Positions 1-11,288 of a stretch of 64,000 bases of DNA are shown here, in pieces. This DNA comes from Zygnema circumcarinatum SAG 698-1b (lineage: Eukaryota; Plantae; Zygnematophyceae), in the NCBI GenBank assembly GCA_037447605.1, contig CM074812.1:1860001-1924000 (forward strand), read 5' to 3'. Position 1 is the first letter of the stretch. Each line of letters begins with the position of its first letter. Below the pieces are notes generated by a model. It was not told where the DNA came from. It saw only the letters and a list, made by a program, of their open reading frames with translations, and did not search any database. Both the position numbers and the translations under genes were made by a program.

Positions 1-728
1 TGCCCCTTTTTTGTTGAGTAGAGGGACTGCTGAAGACAATCTCTCAGCCAAAGGCTGCTCGTTTCATGACGGTTCCAACTTTGATGTCTAGGCGAGGATA
101 TACGAATGACTGACTTACATTCCGTACTCGGGCACAGTAGCTACAAAGACGATACGAGGCCAGCCTTTGTTATAGACGGAATTCCAGTTAGTTTATGGTT
201 AGCTTGTGGTTAGCTGCTGTTTCACTTAGGAGCACTTTCAGCTCACGATTCTGCTAAACGAGGTAGTCTACACTGTTAGTCTTACCCCCAATTAGTGCGT
301 TGCACGATTGGGCATAGAATACGATAATAGAGGGCTACAAAAAGCAATCAAGCGCAAACGAATTTTTACCATAATAAGTGAATAAAAAGTGATTTATTTC
401 GCAGTACTTAATAATCAAAGAGAGTGAGTTTTTCCTGCAATTCCGCTAAGACTTTGCGCTAAGCTACGCGCTTCGATCGAGAAAGTTCAAAGATGAAGAA
501 AGATTATCCACTTTCCGCTGCTGTTTGCTCGTTTCCGAGCTTTGCAACGCCCTTCATAAAATCTCCCTTCAGGGACGATACTACTACAAGCCACAATCTG
601 AGCTTATACTCTTCAAACTGCTCACTCCAACCTTAGAGCGTTTGCCAATCCGGGTTCGAGAGTCAAAACGATTTTTTGCATTGTCGTGCCGTGAAACGAG
701 ACACAGGAAGAGAGAAGAGGGTGCCAAC

Positions 729-2684
729 CTGAGGTGCTGCAAACGCCATCCTTTTGATAATGGTGAAGTTCTTGGACGAGCCGCCCTCCACTATGTACGA
801 GGCGAGGGTGAAGGGAGCCCCCACAAAGCCCAGTACGGCCGAGGCATTGCCAAGCTGCAGACCAGACACAGTGTGAATTGCAGCTTCTAACTATACAATA
901 TATATATATATATATATGTATGTGTGTATGTATGTATGTATGTATGCAGAATCTAGTGGCACATATCCCACGTCTATCATCTATCGAGTAGCGCAGAAGA
1001 GCTTCTTTGCTGGAGCATGAAGCAGGCAGAGCTTGGCCTCAAATAGGAAGGTTCAGGCACAAATGAACACTTTAACAATTGGGTCTTAAAAAAAATTCAG
1101 CAATTGCTGCAAGCATTTTGTAGACAGGTTTTACGAGGGTTCCTCCAAAAAGAGTGAGAGTCTTACTTCAGAGCGCAAAGCTCGAAGGGTCTCTCCCACA
1201 TAGGGGACCGCCTCTTCAGGAACGAGGTCCCTAACCTCTGCCACGTCAGCAGCTGTCCTAATGGGCTTGTGAATGATAGGCCCTTTCGTCTTCACAATGT
1301 CGAAAGGAATGTTCATTCCTGTCAAGGGAGTCAAAATATCGGAGAACAAAATAACCTGCACAGTTTCTTTCCATCTCGTCAGACCTTCCGTCACGCTCGT
1401 GTAACTGAAAAACGCAGCACAGTATAGCAGGCGAAGGGCGAAAGGAAACAATCTACAGAATATGGGCTGGATTGAGAAAGCAAACAATGAGCTGAGAAAA
1501 CCACAAGAAATCTAGAGCCCAATTTTTTTTCCAAGAAGAACATGAGATTGATGGCCCATGAAGCATAACAAAAGCTAACGTCAGCAAATGCCAAAAGCTG
1601 TTACGGAAAATGGAACTCACTCCATCTGGTTTAAAGGCTTTCCAGGGCTGCAATGAAATCTCCACCGACAAATCGACATTCTCTGACCGTTCCCTAAATG
1701 TGGGATACTTGACACAGAGCTCTTGATACACCTGCAGACGTCATCAAACAAGAAATAACTCCTCAGTCCAATAGCTTTTCTGTTAACACAACGCAAAGAC
1801 CGTGATAGGAGAAGCACAAGTCTGCATAGACTTCGACGTCTAGTCCTCAAACAACAGAGAACACTTTTGAGACTCTCAGAAGAAAAAACCCAATGAGGAA
1901 AGAGCAATTGGAACGTCAGCTAAATCAGACTGCTAAAATTCCTTCCAAAATCGATCATGACTCGTGTAAGAGAACGAAAACGGACACCTTCATGTATCGT
2001 CCAGCCTGCCGCATCATCCAAACGGGCGGCCTCTCTACTTTCTCTCCTCGCACCACGCGCACGAGGAGGGGCTCTGAGCCCACCTGCTCGGACGACGGCG
2101 TAACAGGCTCTGTAGTGCACGCACATCAGCACAAGCCACATAGAATATGGATTCGCAAAAGTGAATGGCGCCTTTTTTTAATAACAGGCGAACAAATGAC
2201 AGAGCGCATTTTGTTTCTTCCCTGAGCACAAGCACTGAGGGTGTGATAAAAATAGCACGCTTGCATTTAGACCACTCGGACCATTCAGCATTGTGTGCAA
2301 GTGCATCCTCTCTTCGCCTTCTTTCTTCACACAAAAAGCCTCAGCTTCCACCATTTTTTCTCCACCAGAACCACCCCCTCTCTTCCTCCACCACTCGTGC
2401 TCCCCCTAGCTGTACCAGCAGCCTCTCTCCCTCTCTCCTCCCTTACCTGCTGCCACAGCTGTGGCCACACACCGCAGCCTGGACCTCCTTCCCGCCCCGC
2501 CGTACTGAGACCCCCCTCTTGCATGCGAGAGCTGCTCCCCTGCGAGAGCCGAGCGCAGGCTGCATCCCGCCGCGCTCCGAGGCCTGCTCTCGTCCCGCAC
2601 CTGCAACGCCCGCGCGGCGCCAGCCTTCCCCGGCAGCCCCTCCTGCAGCCGCACTGCCGGCGGAGAGGCGAGAGCTGCAGCCAT
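729..2684 (-). CDS. UROD: Plastid uroporphyrinogen decarboxylase (HEME2-type); 5 exons seen, 3' part not found in the window
   Basis: Exons 2684-2447 (transit-peptide-like [13 protein letters not shown]...), 2109-1988 ([28 protein letters not shown]), 1731-1621 ([36 protein letters not shown]), 1355-1167 ([20 protein letters not shown]...[14 protein letters not shown]) and 854-729 ([24 protein letters not shown]). All have GT-AG boundaries and consistent phases, and the motifs match plant UROD. Confidence 0.96.
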
Positions 2685-3844
2685 GGCTTGGTCGGCCTTC
2701 CTTGCAGGAACCCTGCTCGGAGGGAGGCAGGAGGGAGAGACTGGGAGAGGGAGACAGAGAGAGAGAGGGAGAGACAGAGAGAGAGAGGGAGAGAGAGTGA
2801 GAGGGAGGGGAGGGAGGGGGGGAAGGGAGAGGGCGAGGGAGAGGCTATCCACGGCGGCTTTGCCGTAGCCAATGGTGAGCGAGGACTGCACGCGCCGCCG
2901 AGCCCTCCAGTTATCGCGCAAATTGGAGAAGTTGCAAACTTTCCGGCGTCATCATGACGTCAACTTTTTTTGGCTTCACGGTTGTGGTTTCTGGTTTACT
3001 GCCGGAACCCCTCGCGGTTTCGAACCTCCAGAATCGAGCCCAAAATTCAAAATATATTTTAGCCAGTAGTATGTTGTCACGTAAGACAACGTTTTCAACC
3101 GTTGTCGGTCCGCCAATCGCAGCGGCCCGGTGAATTTTCGGCCCCGCCTCTCAGTTGCAAACCGCGTCGCATAAATGTGTCGAAATATGGGGAAAGTGGA
3201 AACTTGGGTTTTTTATTTAGTTTTTTGGAGGTCCTTTCTGGTCCCGTACGGCTGCCCGAAGATCGTATGAAGTGACGTATTGTACAAATGCTGACGTTGC
3301 GGAGTGCATATCTGGAAATCATACCGCGATTGTTTTGCCACGTGTGAATGCCACGTGGTCCGTACGGAGCTTCCATGTTGCCAACCATTGGTCGCAACCA
3401 ATGGTCGATGTCCAATGGTTGGCATCCATTCCAAGTGGCCGAATGTTTGAACTTCGCGTTGTTGAACCATGACGCAAATTCAAGCTTATGGGCTTTTTTC
3501 GTTTTGTTCGTAGGTCCTTTGTGAGCGGTTCCTCGTGGTTCCCCATGTTATTGTTGTCTATGCACATTTGATGGCATCATCCATCGCCATAGTGAGACCA
3601 ATGCAAATTCCTTTTTACTATGTTTGCGTTGGGCATCATCTATGGCATCACCATTGCCATTGGTTCTGGACTATTGGTCTAGTCATGAATGCAAGATGTC
3701 AAGCACTGCCCTCGTCAACAAAAGCCGCAAGATATTTACTGTAAGGGTACCGTATCGAATACGACATCGTATCGTATCGCATCGTACTGTATCATATCGT
3801 ATTGACCCTCTTCTGTAGCACTATCCTTTTCCTAGCGGAAACCT

Positions 3845-6800
3845 TTGAACCCTTACCGCGCTGAACCCCCCTGCTCCAAGGTCCGCCATGGCTCCCGCTC
3901 GCAGAGCTCTGCTGCTGCCCGCCCTGCGGCCTGCGTCTTTTGCCCGTTAATTGATCGCAGCAGTGGCAGGAGTCGATTCTGTGGCGTTTCTGAACGATCG
4001 ACTGCTGTATGGCCGTCACATAATGAGGGGAATTGCTTAAAGTCCCGGAAAAAATTGAGTAGCAACCCAAGCTTTGGGGGGGGGGAGCTGAAGTTGATGG
4101 ATGTTCTGCCTGCTTGGTGTGGACAGTTCGCGGTCCGCACGAGGCCAAGAGACGGGCGGGCATCGCCGTCTCGCAACGCTTTGCCTGAAAGAGCTCGAGA
4201 AGCAATCTCTCAAGTTTCTTCCAGCGCGCAGCAGCAGCCCTGCTTCATAGAGAAACAGGAGGCGCATCCAGGCAGGCGCCATGGGTCCGAGCACTTTCCA
4301 GTCGTGCCGCCCCGCAGACAGAGCCTCATCCGGCGGCTTCCAGATTTGAAAGCTCGCAAGGAGGGGGTCGCTGGCCATGTGCGGCAGTCTGCAGGGCGGG
4401 TGTGTGCTCGCTGCAGGCGGACCATTGACTCGCGCTCGGGCTGCTGCAGAATTTGCCAAGCGGAGTCCTGCGAGCCAGTTCTCGCGACTTCTTCGAAAAG
4501 CGAAGGAGTTAGCATCAATGGAGGAAGGCTTGCAATGGCGAGCACTGGAAGTAGGGATGTGGATAATCTCGAATTAGGGGCTGAGGTTTGGAGAATAAAC
4601 GACATTGAGGAAGGAGCATCACGGAGGGCAAAAACCGACAGTTGTCAGTCTCCTTTAGGTATCGACAATTTTGATGCTGTTGAGAACTTCAAGCAAGATG
4701 ACGGCACCGTTTTTGCAGCTGAATTTGTGAAGGTAGCTCCTGCATATCACGGATCATTTCAGGCCCTTTGGAATTTCAACACATTAATTGGGCATTATCA
4801 CAGTGCCTTCAATTCCTGAACTCAACAGAACTCATAGCAGTTTGATGGCCTCTCAGGAGCAAAAATTTGGAGGAGACAGCTGGGTATGATAATAGCAGGC
4901 CATCTGCACTGCTTGCATCTTGTTACTGGCGGAAAACTATGCAATTCAATATCAAGCCAGAGCAGATCAGAATGAACCAGAATCGAGCTGTATTGGCGAA
5001 CTGCCATTCCCATTCAGATAAAGCTTTCTTTTCGACTTATCATTTAGACAACCTGACGGAAGAATTCTGGAGGTGCAGGTTCCTGAGGCAGTTAAAGGAA
5101 AGGTGGTTGGAAGCAAATGTCGACACCTCGCGCAACTCCGAAAGTCCACTGGTGTGATCAACATTTTTTATGACGACCACAGACTGGAAGCTCAGGTGCT
5201 TCCAGAGTTAGTCCGTTTACAAGTTATTGTTCCCGAATAAGGAAGTCTGTTCTCACCTGCTTTGTATGGGTGTGCCCGCATTCACCTGTCGTTGGGCAAC
5301 ATCTCGGCAGGACCGTGTTAGTTGCAGGAGACACGTTTCAAACTAGTGATCACGTATGTAGCACGCGTTTTCAGGACGAGAAGGACGAGGGAATAATTGA
5401 CGCCATGGAGAGGGAGAGCAAGGGGGGGTGAGAGAGAGGGGAGGGTGGGAAAGGCCTAAATATGGAGGTGGGGACTAGGGTGGGACAGAAAAGGGAGAGA
5501 GAGAGAGAGAGAGAGAGGGGAGGAGGGAGTGAGGAGGGGTGTGAGAGACTGCACGTGCCCTTGTATGTGATCATTACTCTATATGTTTTGTAGAGAAGAT
5601 AATAGATAGTCTTTCATTCCCCTACCTGTAATTGGGTGTAAACGTTTCATCCCTTTGAATCTGCTCTATTTTCTGTGAAGGTGGTAGGCGACCCAGACAG
5701 CGTGGCAGCAGCTGTAAAGGCCCTCCAAAAAAGAATTGATTTTTTCCAAAATGCACACCAACTCCAGGCGGCGCTGTATCCTCATCCTGTGGAGTCATAT
5801 TTCTTGCTGTCAAGCAAGTTTACTCAAGCAGGTGGGCTTGCAACATGGCCCATGTAACTACTCTGGTGAAACCCTTGAAACCATTTGAACAAGCCAGAGG
5901 TTTTGATCATTGGTAATTGCTCCGACATTCACAAGGAAGCGCATCGGTGCGTTGTAATGGCACGTTTGGATGCAGCGGCGCTTGAATTCGTCCAATCAAA
6001 GGCACGAGCCTGCCTTGGTGGAGCCATGGCTTGCGAGCTGCGGACTGCAGATGACGAATCATCCACTCCCGCTACTTGGAGCGATGTCAGGCAAGGAGAC
6101 TGAGGCATATCACATCACAGTGATGAAGTGCCATAACTTGCGTCTGTACTTTTGCTGATACTAAAGAGCTGGGTTTTTAGTGAAGCTGCCTTGTCATGCA
6201 CATGATAACTTCAAACCCTCATTTCAGGGCATGCTTGTCGATCTTCAGCCCTCTAGCATGTTGCCTTTCTGTATACTCGTTTGTGGTGCATCATTGTCTT
6301 GCCCCAGAAAGGGAATTCCGATTGCGGACTACACCTGACACGTGTGGGCTGGTTGGGAGATTGGCAGAATGGCTGACGGTCAGATGGGAGCAGATCTTGA
6401 GAGTCAACCCTCTCCCTTTTTCGAAAATTCTAGCAGGGGAGATCTCATCAGGGTGAGGATTAGCAAGATGGTAGTATTGGCTCAACCATTCTGCCCTAGG
6501 CTACACAACTCAACTGAAACATCATAACTCATTCAATAACTTCCCGTCTGAAACTCATTTTGACTTGTCACTCCAGAAACAATGCGAAGAGAACTGCTTG
6601 TGTTTTGGCAGAGGCAAAGTGATGATTCAAGCTGTCTCAGTATGATACCTTACTTGCTCTGCTGCTTCGATTGCAGCGATTCATGTCCTCTGCGAGGCGA
6701 GTGCAAGCACACGAAGTCCCTGCTCCCTTTGACCAAGTGAAGGTTCTCTTCATTATGGGCGTTCAGCAGTTTTATCCTCTCGCCTCGTGGGATCGACCTC

Positions 6801-8115
6801 TTGGTGGACTCCAAGTATCGTTCAAGCAACTGCAAGAAATGAGGGTAAGCCATAAGAGCTCAAGCTTGGGAGTTTTGCACGCACATTCTCATTGTACTTT
6901 AGCTTGAACTCTTGCTATTGTGGGTAGGAAGGACAAGGCTTCGTTTAGTCCAACGAAAACAGAGTGGTGCTCTAAACCTCTTTAAGCCTTTTTGGGGCCT
7001 TTTCCCTCTGTGCAGGTGATAGAGCCCAAGAAGTCAATGAGAACTGAGTTTTGCACAGTACTCTCTGAAAAAGCTGTGAAGGCAATTGCAGCACGATTCA
7101 GGAGTATTAGCACAGTTGGTGTTCGTGTCAGCCGATCTCGAGGACTTGATCTTTATCTCAATGATCACGAGGTATTCTAGCCTGACCTTTTTCTGAAAGA
7201 CCGGAATTCATTTTGCATAACCACATGCCAAAGTTATACTGTAGGGGAGCTAATATTTGCTGCCTGACTAACCTCTGACTAGCATTTAGCATTTCTTTCG
7301 TCCGGGAACTTTCAGTCTATGTTAATAATGTTCAGTTAGCCGATTGCTACGCAGCTGTCCGTGGCCTTGAGAATTCGATTCGAGATTACAAGTGGGGCAC
7401 CATTCTCGGACAATTGGCGAAGATTACATCCACTGAGCATAAAGACGACCAATACAAGGCCGTTCATGCTCACAGTAGTTAATCCGGCGGGAGTTCTCGA
7501 TTTCAGGATAGAACTTGCAGCTTGGTATCAACTGCAAAGAGATGGAAAGGAAGAGTTCAGGTGTGTAGGGCTCCCTCCCTGCATCCAAATACTTGATGAT
7601 GAGCTCTCTATTCAAGGTCTCTCAAAAGAAATTCAGGTTACACTATTCAAGTACTTCTCTATTGTTATTAGGACGACTGAAAGCGAAGAGTAGTATCCTA
7701 TTATGTGGAATCAGCTTCTGTTTGTGTTGATGAAAACTCCGGTCTTGTGAGCTTTCCTCCTTCACAGGGAAGCTTGGAGAGTGGCGAAGGCCTGTTTATG
7801 GAACTCCCAGAAGCCGTCGGAGGTTCGGCTTCCTTCTGACAGCCATGCACGCTTCACTGTGCGGCGGGTAGGCCATTCTCTTCCTCCTTGTTTGGTACAT
7901 GTTAACAACAACATTCTCCGGCAATCATACTACGACAGCAGCGTACACAATACTGCTCTTGCATATTATTCTCACTCTTTTGTCCCTTCGATTTGAAGCA
8001 GTCTGAGTGGTGGTCGTAGAGTTCAATGTGAAAACCGAATTGGCTGGCATTGATTCTCCTACAGGTGAAGTACTGGGAGGATGTGACGCTGATGGGCAGA
8101 CTACCATGGGCAGCA
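3845..8115 (+). CDS. Multi-exon gene of unknown function; C-terminal half resembles an uncharacterised plant family (possibly DUF7903-like). Start and stop uncertain
   Basis: A 975-nt stop-free ORF (3845-4819; first ATG about 4097, possible donor 4732) is followed by exons near 4841-4888, 5013-5068, 5681-5830, 5898 onward, 6678-6845, 7016-7171, 7355-7560, 7768-7867 and 8064-8115. Phases are consistent from 6678 onward; the join before it is unresolved. Translation includes KKSMRTEFCTVLSEKAVKAI, GLDLYLNDHE, RPFMLTVVNPAGVLDFRIELAAW and VRLPSDSHARFTVRRV. The family resemblance is from memory only. Confidence 0.55.
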
Positions 8116-9723
8116 GTAAGCGAGAGGTTGGAAGAAGGGGGCATGCACGCACGACATGAAGGGGATGGGGAGATCAAGTAACAGCAGCCTAAACCCTAAA
8201 AATCCTAAAACCCCTTTATCAACTTCGTTGCTCACCAATCTCCCTCACAAACTGCGCGGCAGCAGTGCGTTGTTTTTGCTTTTTGCTTCCAACATCAAAA
8301 GTCTACGGTTTCACTCCAACTCAAAAGCTTCAGCTTGCACATTTGTGGATGCAGGAGTGGCTGCGACCTTCACGTGGTGGTGACGAAATCAATTGAAAGG
8401 AAAAAGATTTGCTATGCGGTTACGGGGTGCTGCCCGCAGATGGTGGGCTCGAACGGCCCACTCGACATCAAGGAGAGGGAACTGGCCACTGTCATTGACT
8501 TTTGTAGCGATACTTGTAACCTGGACATCTGAGTTGTTACGAAGGCCATTTAGAAGCACGCCTTCATAATTGTTGCTCCTGCGGCTGCAGAGAGCGGTTG
8601 AAATGCGCCTGTCTAGACGTTCGGTAGACTTTTTCTGAAGCAAATTTGCTTCAATCGAATTTGTCCAAAATTGAAACGATTCTGCCACTTTATTTATCAT
8701 AAACACATTCTTCATCTGAAGACACGAGGATTCGCAGGCCTAACCTTTTGCAGCCTGCAAGGCGCTACTTGGACTCGGCGTCCAAGGGCTGCACTCAAAT
8801 GCTTTTTTCCCCCTCAGGGCACGCAGGTGTTCACCACCGCAATGGCGTATAGTCAGATGTCAAACTTGGCAGGGTTTGTATTCTCATTGAACGATTAGGT
8901 TGAAGAAAATAATTAGCACTTGCATATTACTGAACTACCTGAATTTAACCAAACACCTTCCGCTTGAAAATTCTCAATTTCACGGCGCTAATGAACCCCA
9001 CTGTGAGAACAGGGTATTTTCACCCGGCAGAACCCATCATTGCATGCAACAAGGCAATTACGAGCAAACGAAGCCACTGAGCTGAGCCATATTTCTTGTA
9101 CCAGAACTAGTCCCCAATTGCTATTGGAGCAAAGTCTAGGCTGGAATATGGAAGGAATCCATTCAAAAGGAAGCCCCTTTAAAAATCGGTATAACCCATA
9201 ACTGTAGCTGACCGCCAATGCTGCGACGCTCAAGCCGCGAGCGGAATCCTATCTTGTGAAACTAATACGCGGTTTGCAGTGTGCAGCAGTCTGGGTACCC
9301 ATTGCTGCATTGCTACACGCAATATCCTCTGTCCTGGGACAGCTAAATAACAAAGCTGGAACAGACAGCATTTGGGTTGTCATACTGGCAAGTGTCACTG
9401 ACTGCAGCTCCCAGTCACAATCTGCCCGCTTATGTCTGCACATATTTTCCCCTTGAGCCCAACTATCTGCTGAATGAATCCCATGGCTCCAAGTTGAAAT
9501 GGTGACCATAAAATGACCTCTTTCGTATTTGCTTATGTACTCGCAGACCCTTTACGACACAGCCAAGTCGCTTTTCCATGTCAATTCCAGGACTTCTGCA
9601 TGATACAAAATCCACCATAACGAACCATGGTGCATCAGGACTTGAGCTCCTTTTTCAGATGTAGACCGGTCTGATGGGAAAGACACAAAGAGCATAGCGA
9701 TGCAAAGTAATAGTTGACATTAC

Positions 9724-10438
9724 CTTCTGACGTGCAAGGCATGCTCGCAGCTGCGTTTCAAGCTGGTCGCAGTTGCGGCGACCGTCCTGCATGCACTCCC
9801 ACAGAGGTGCGCAGTCGCAGTCCTCCATAGCACCTCCTGGGACTGCTTCAAACCCACGACAGGAACGGTCATAAAATGCACTTGAACTCACGAAGAAAGC
9901 CAAACCAAAAAATAGTTAGCTACATATGTGATTGCTGACAAAGAAAATTTTCCATGGAGTGTCTTCGCCCACCCCTGAAAGAGAAACAAGAAGACTTTTG
10001 TTGCCACAAGTCCAGAATTAGTTCAATGAATCTGAACGGCATGAGCTTAGTCAAATAGGGGATTCACACATTTCTTGGAAGTGACGCCTAATTCAGAAAT
10101 GGTTCAGAAATAGTTTCCAGCGCAATTTACTAATGTAAAGATAATAATCCTACGCGCTCCAAATTGGCATCCCTGTAAGTGCATTGAGAGTGGCTGGAGG
10201 AAGATGCAAAGGCACAAAGGAAGCAGCTCCTGTAACGTGACGCAAGCAGCAGCCATGACCTCGTACCGTCCTCTTGCGAAGCTGCTCCGCTCTCCGCCCC
10301 GCGCGATAGGGACGAGCGGTACAAGCTCGCCGCCCCGAAGCCTGTAGCACTCGCGGCAAAGAGACCCGCCATGGCTGTGAGCCGCCCGCCGGTCTTCCCG
10401 GGTGCAGGCACAGCCAGTCGGCCGATAAGAGACGCCAT
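9724..10438 (-). CDS. Small Cys-motif (CHCH-like) protein with N-terminal basic/hydrophobic targeting segment; last exon undetermined
   Basis: ATG at 10438 and donor after 10267 (phase 1) join the acceptor at 9842, giving ...SQED-VPGGAMEDCDCAPLWECMQDGRRNCDQLETQLRACLARQK before a GT donor after 9724. Confidence 0.6.
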
Positions 10439-11128
10439 AGCTCCCCCCCTCCTCCCTCTCCCTCTCCCTCTCCCTCTTCCTCTCCCTCTCTCTCTTTCTC
10501 TCCCTATCCCTCTCCCCCTCTCCCACAACCTCTTTCCCTCTCTCTCTCCCTCTCCACCCTCCACCTCTTTCCTACTCTCCCTCTCTCCCTTCCACTCCAC
10601 CTCTTCCCCTCTCCCCCACTCTCCCTTCCTCTCTTCTCCCACGAGCGAGGGAGAGCCGTGCCCTGCTGGCGGCCGCCCTCCAGCTCAGCACGGAAGCGAC
10701 GCGCCGCGTGGCACTCGATACCATACGGACCGTACAGTTAATACCGTACAGTACCGTACAAAAGACGGCACGGTACAGTACGGTATGCACGGATGACCGG
10801 AAGGTGTGAACGTCGAGGCGGGCGGCGGTGGGGGCACCCGCAGGGCCTGAACCGTGTGCCCCGAGCGGTGTGGATTTCAAGTCATGCATGTATGCATACA
10901 TGTCATGAACATTTGGAGAAAAAACAATTCACCCATGTATGCATGAATGCATGCATGCGCATGTCCACCTTCAAGAAATGTAAAGAATTCTGCCACGCTC
11001 CAATCCTCGCCATCTCGCTCGATCGATCGATTGTCCAAAGCCTCCAACCGCGGCACAAATGTCACTTCGCTGAAGCCGTAATACCTCCGAACTGACCCCC
11101 TCGTGCGCACTGCCGCAGGTGTCGAGGG

Positions 11129-11275
11129 GTCAGGGCGGAGGGCGGAGGGCGGAGGGCGAGGGTTTGGGGCTGAGGGTTTAGGGTTTAGGGGCTAGGGCTT
11201 AGGGGCTCAGGCTGAGGGTTTAAGGTTTAGGGTTGAAAGTTGAGGGTTGTAGCGGAGGGTTCAGGGCTGAGGGGC
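11129..11275 (+). repeat. Degenerate 7-bp-period telomere-like repeat (GGGCGGA grading into GGGTTTA) just upstream of the DUSP12-like ATG
   Basis: Read directly: gggcgga x3, then gggttta gggttta ggggcta gggctta ... ggtttagggtt. Confidence 0.75.
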
Positions 11276-11288
11276 GCATCCCTGCAGC

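Noticed and set aside
1-660. Expected remaining UROD exons
   Set aside because: No segment translating to the QIFDSW / LILY / QGNVDP motifs was found, so they probably lie beyond the window start.
3845-4819. Possible MER3/HFM1 helicase N-terminus
   Set aside because: No Walker A or DExH motifs appear in any downstream exon.
8335-9509. Several 65-108-aa ORFs on both strands between the unknown gene and the Cys-protein gene
   Set aside because: No recognisable motifs and no phase-consistent exon chain could be built. The region may hold the terminal exons or UTRs of the two convergent genes.
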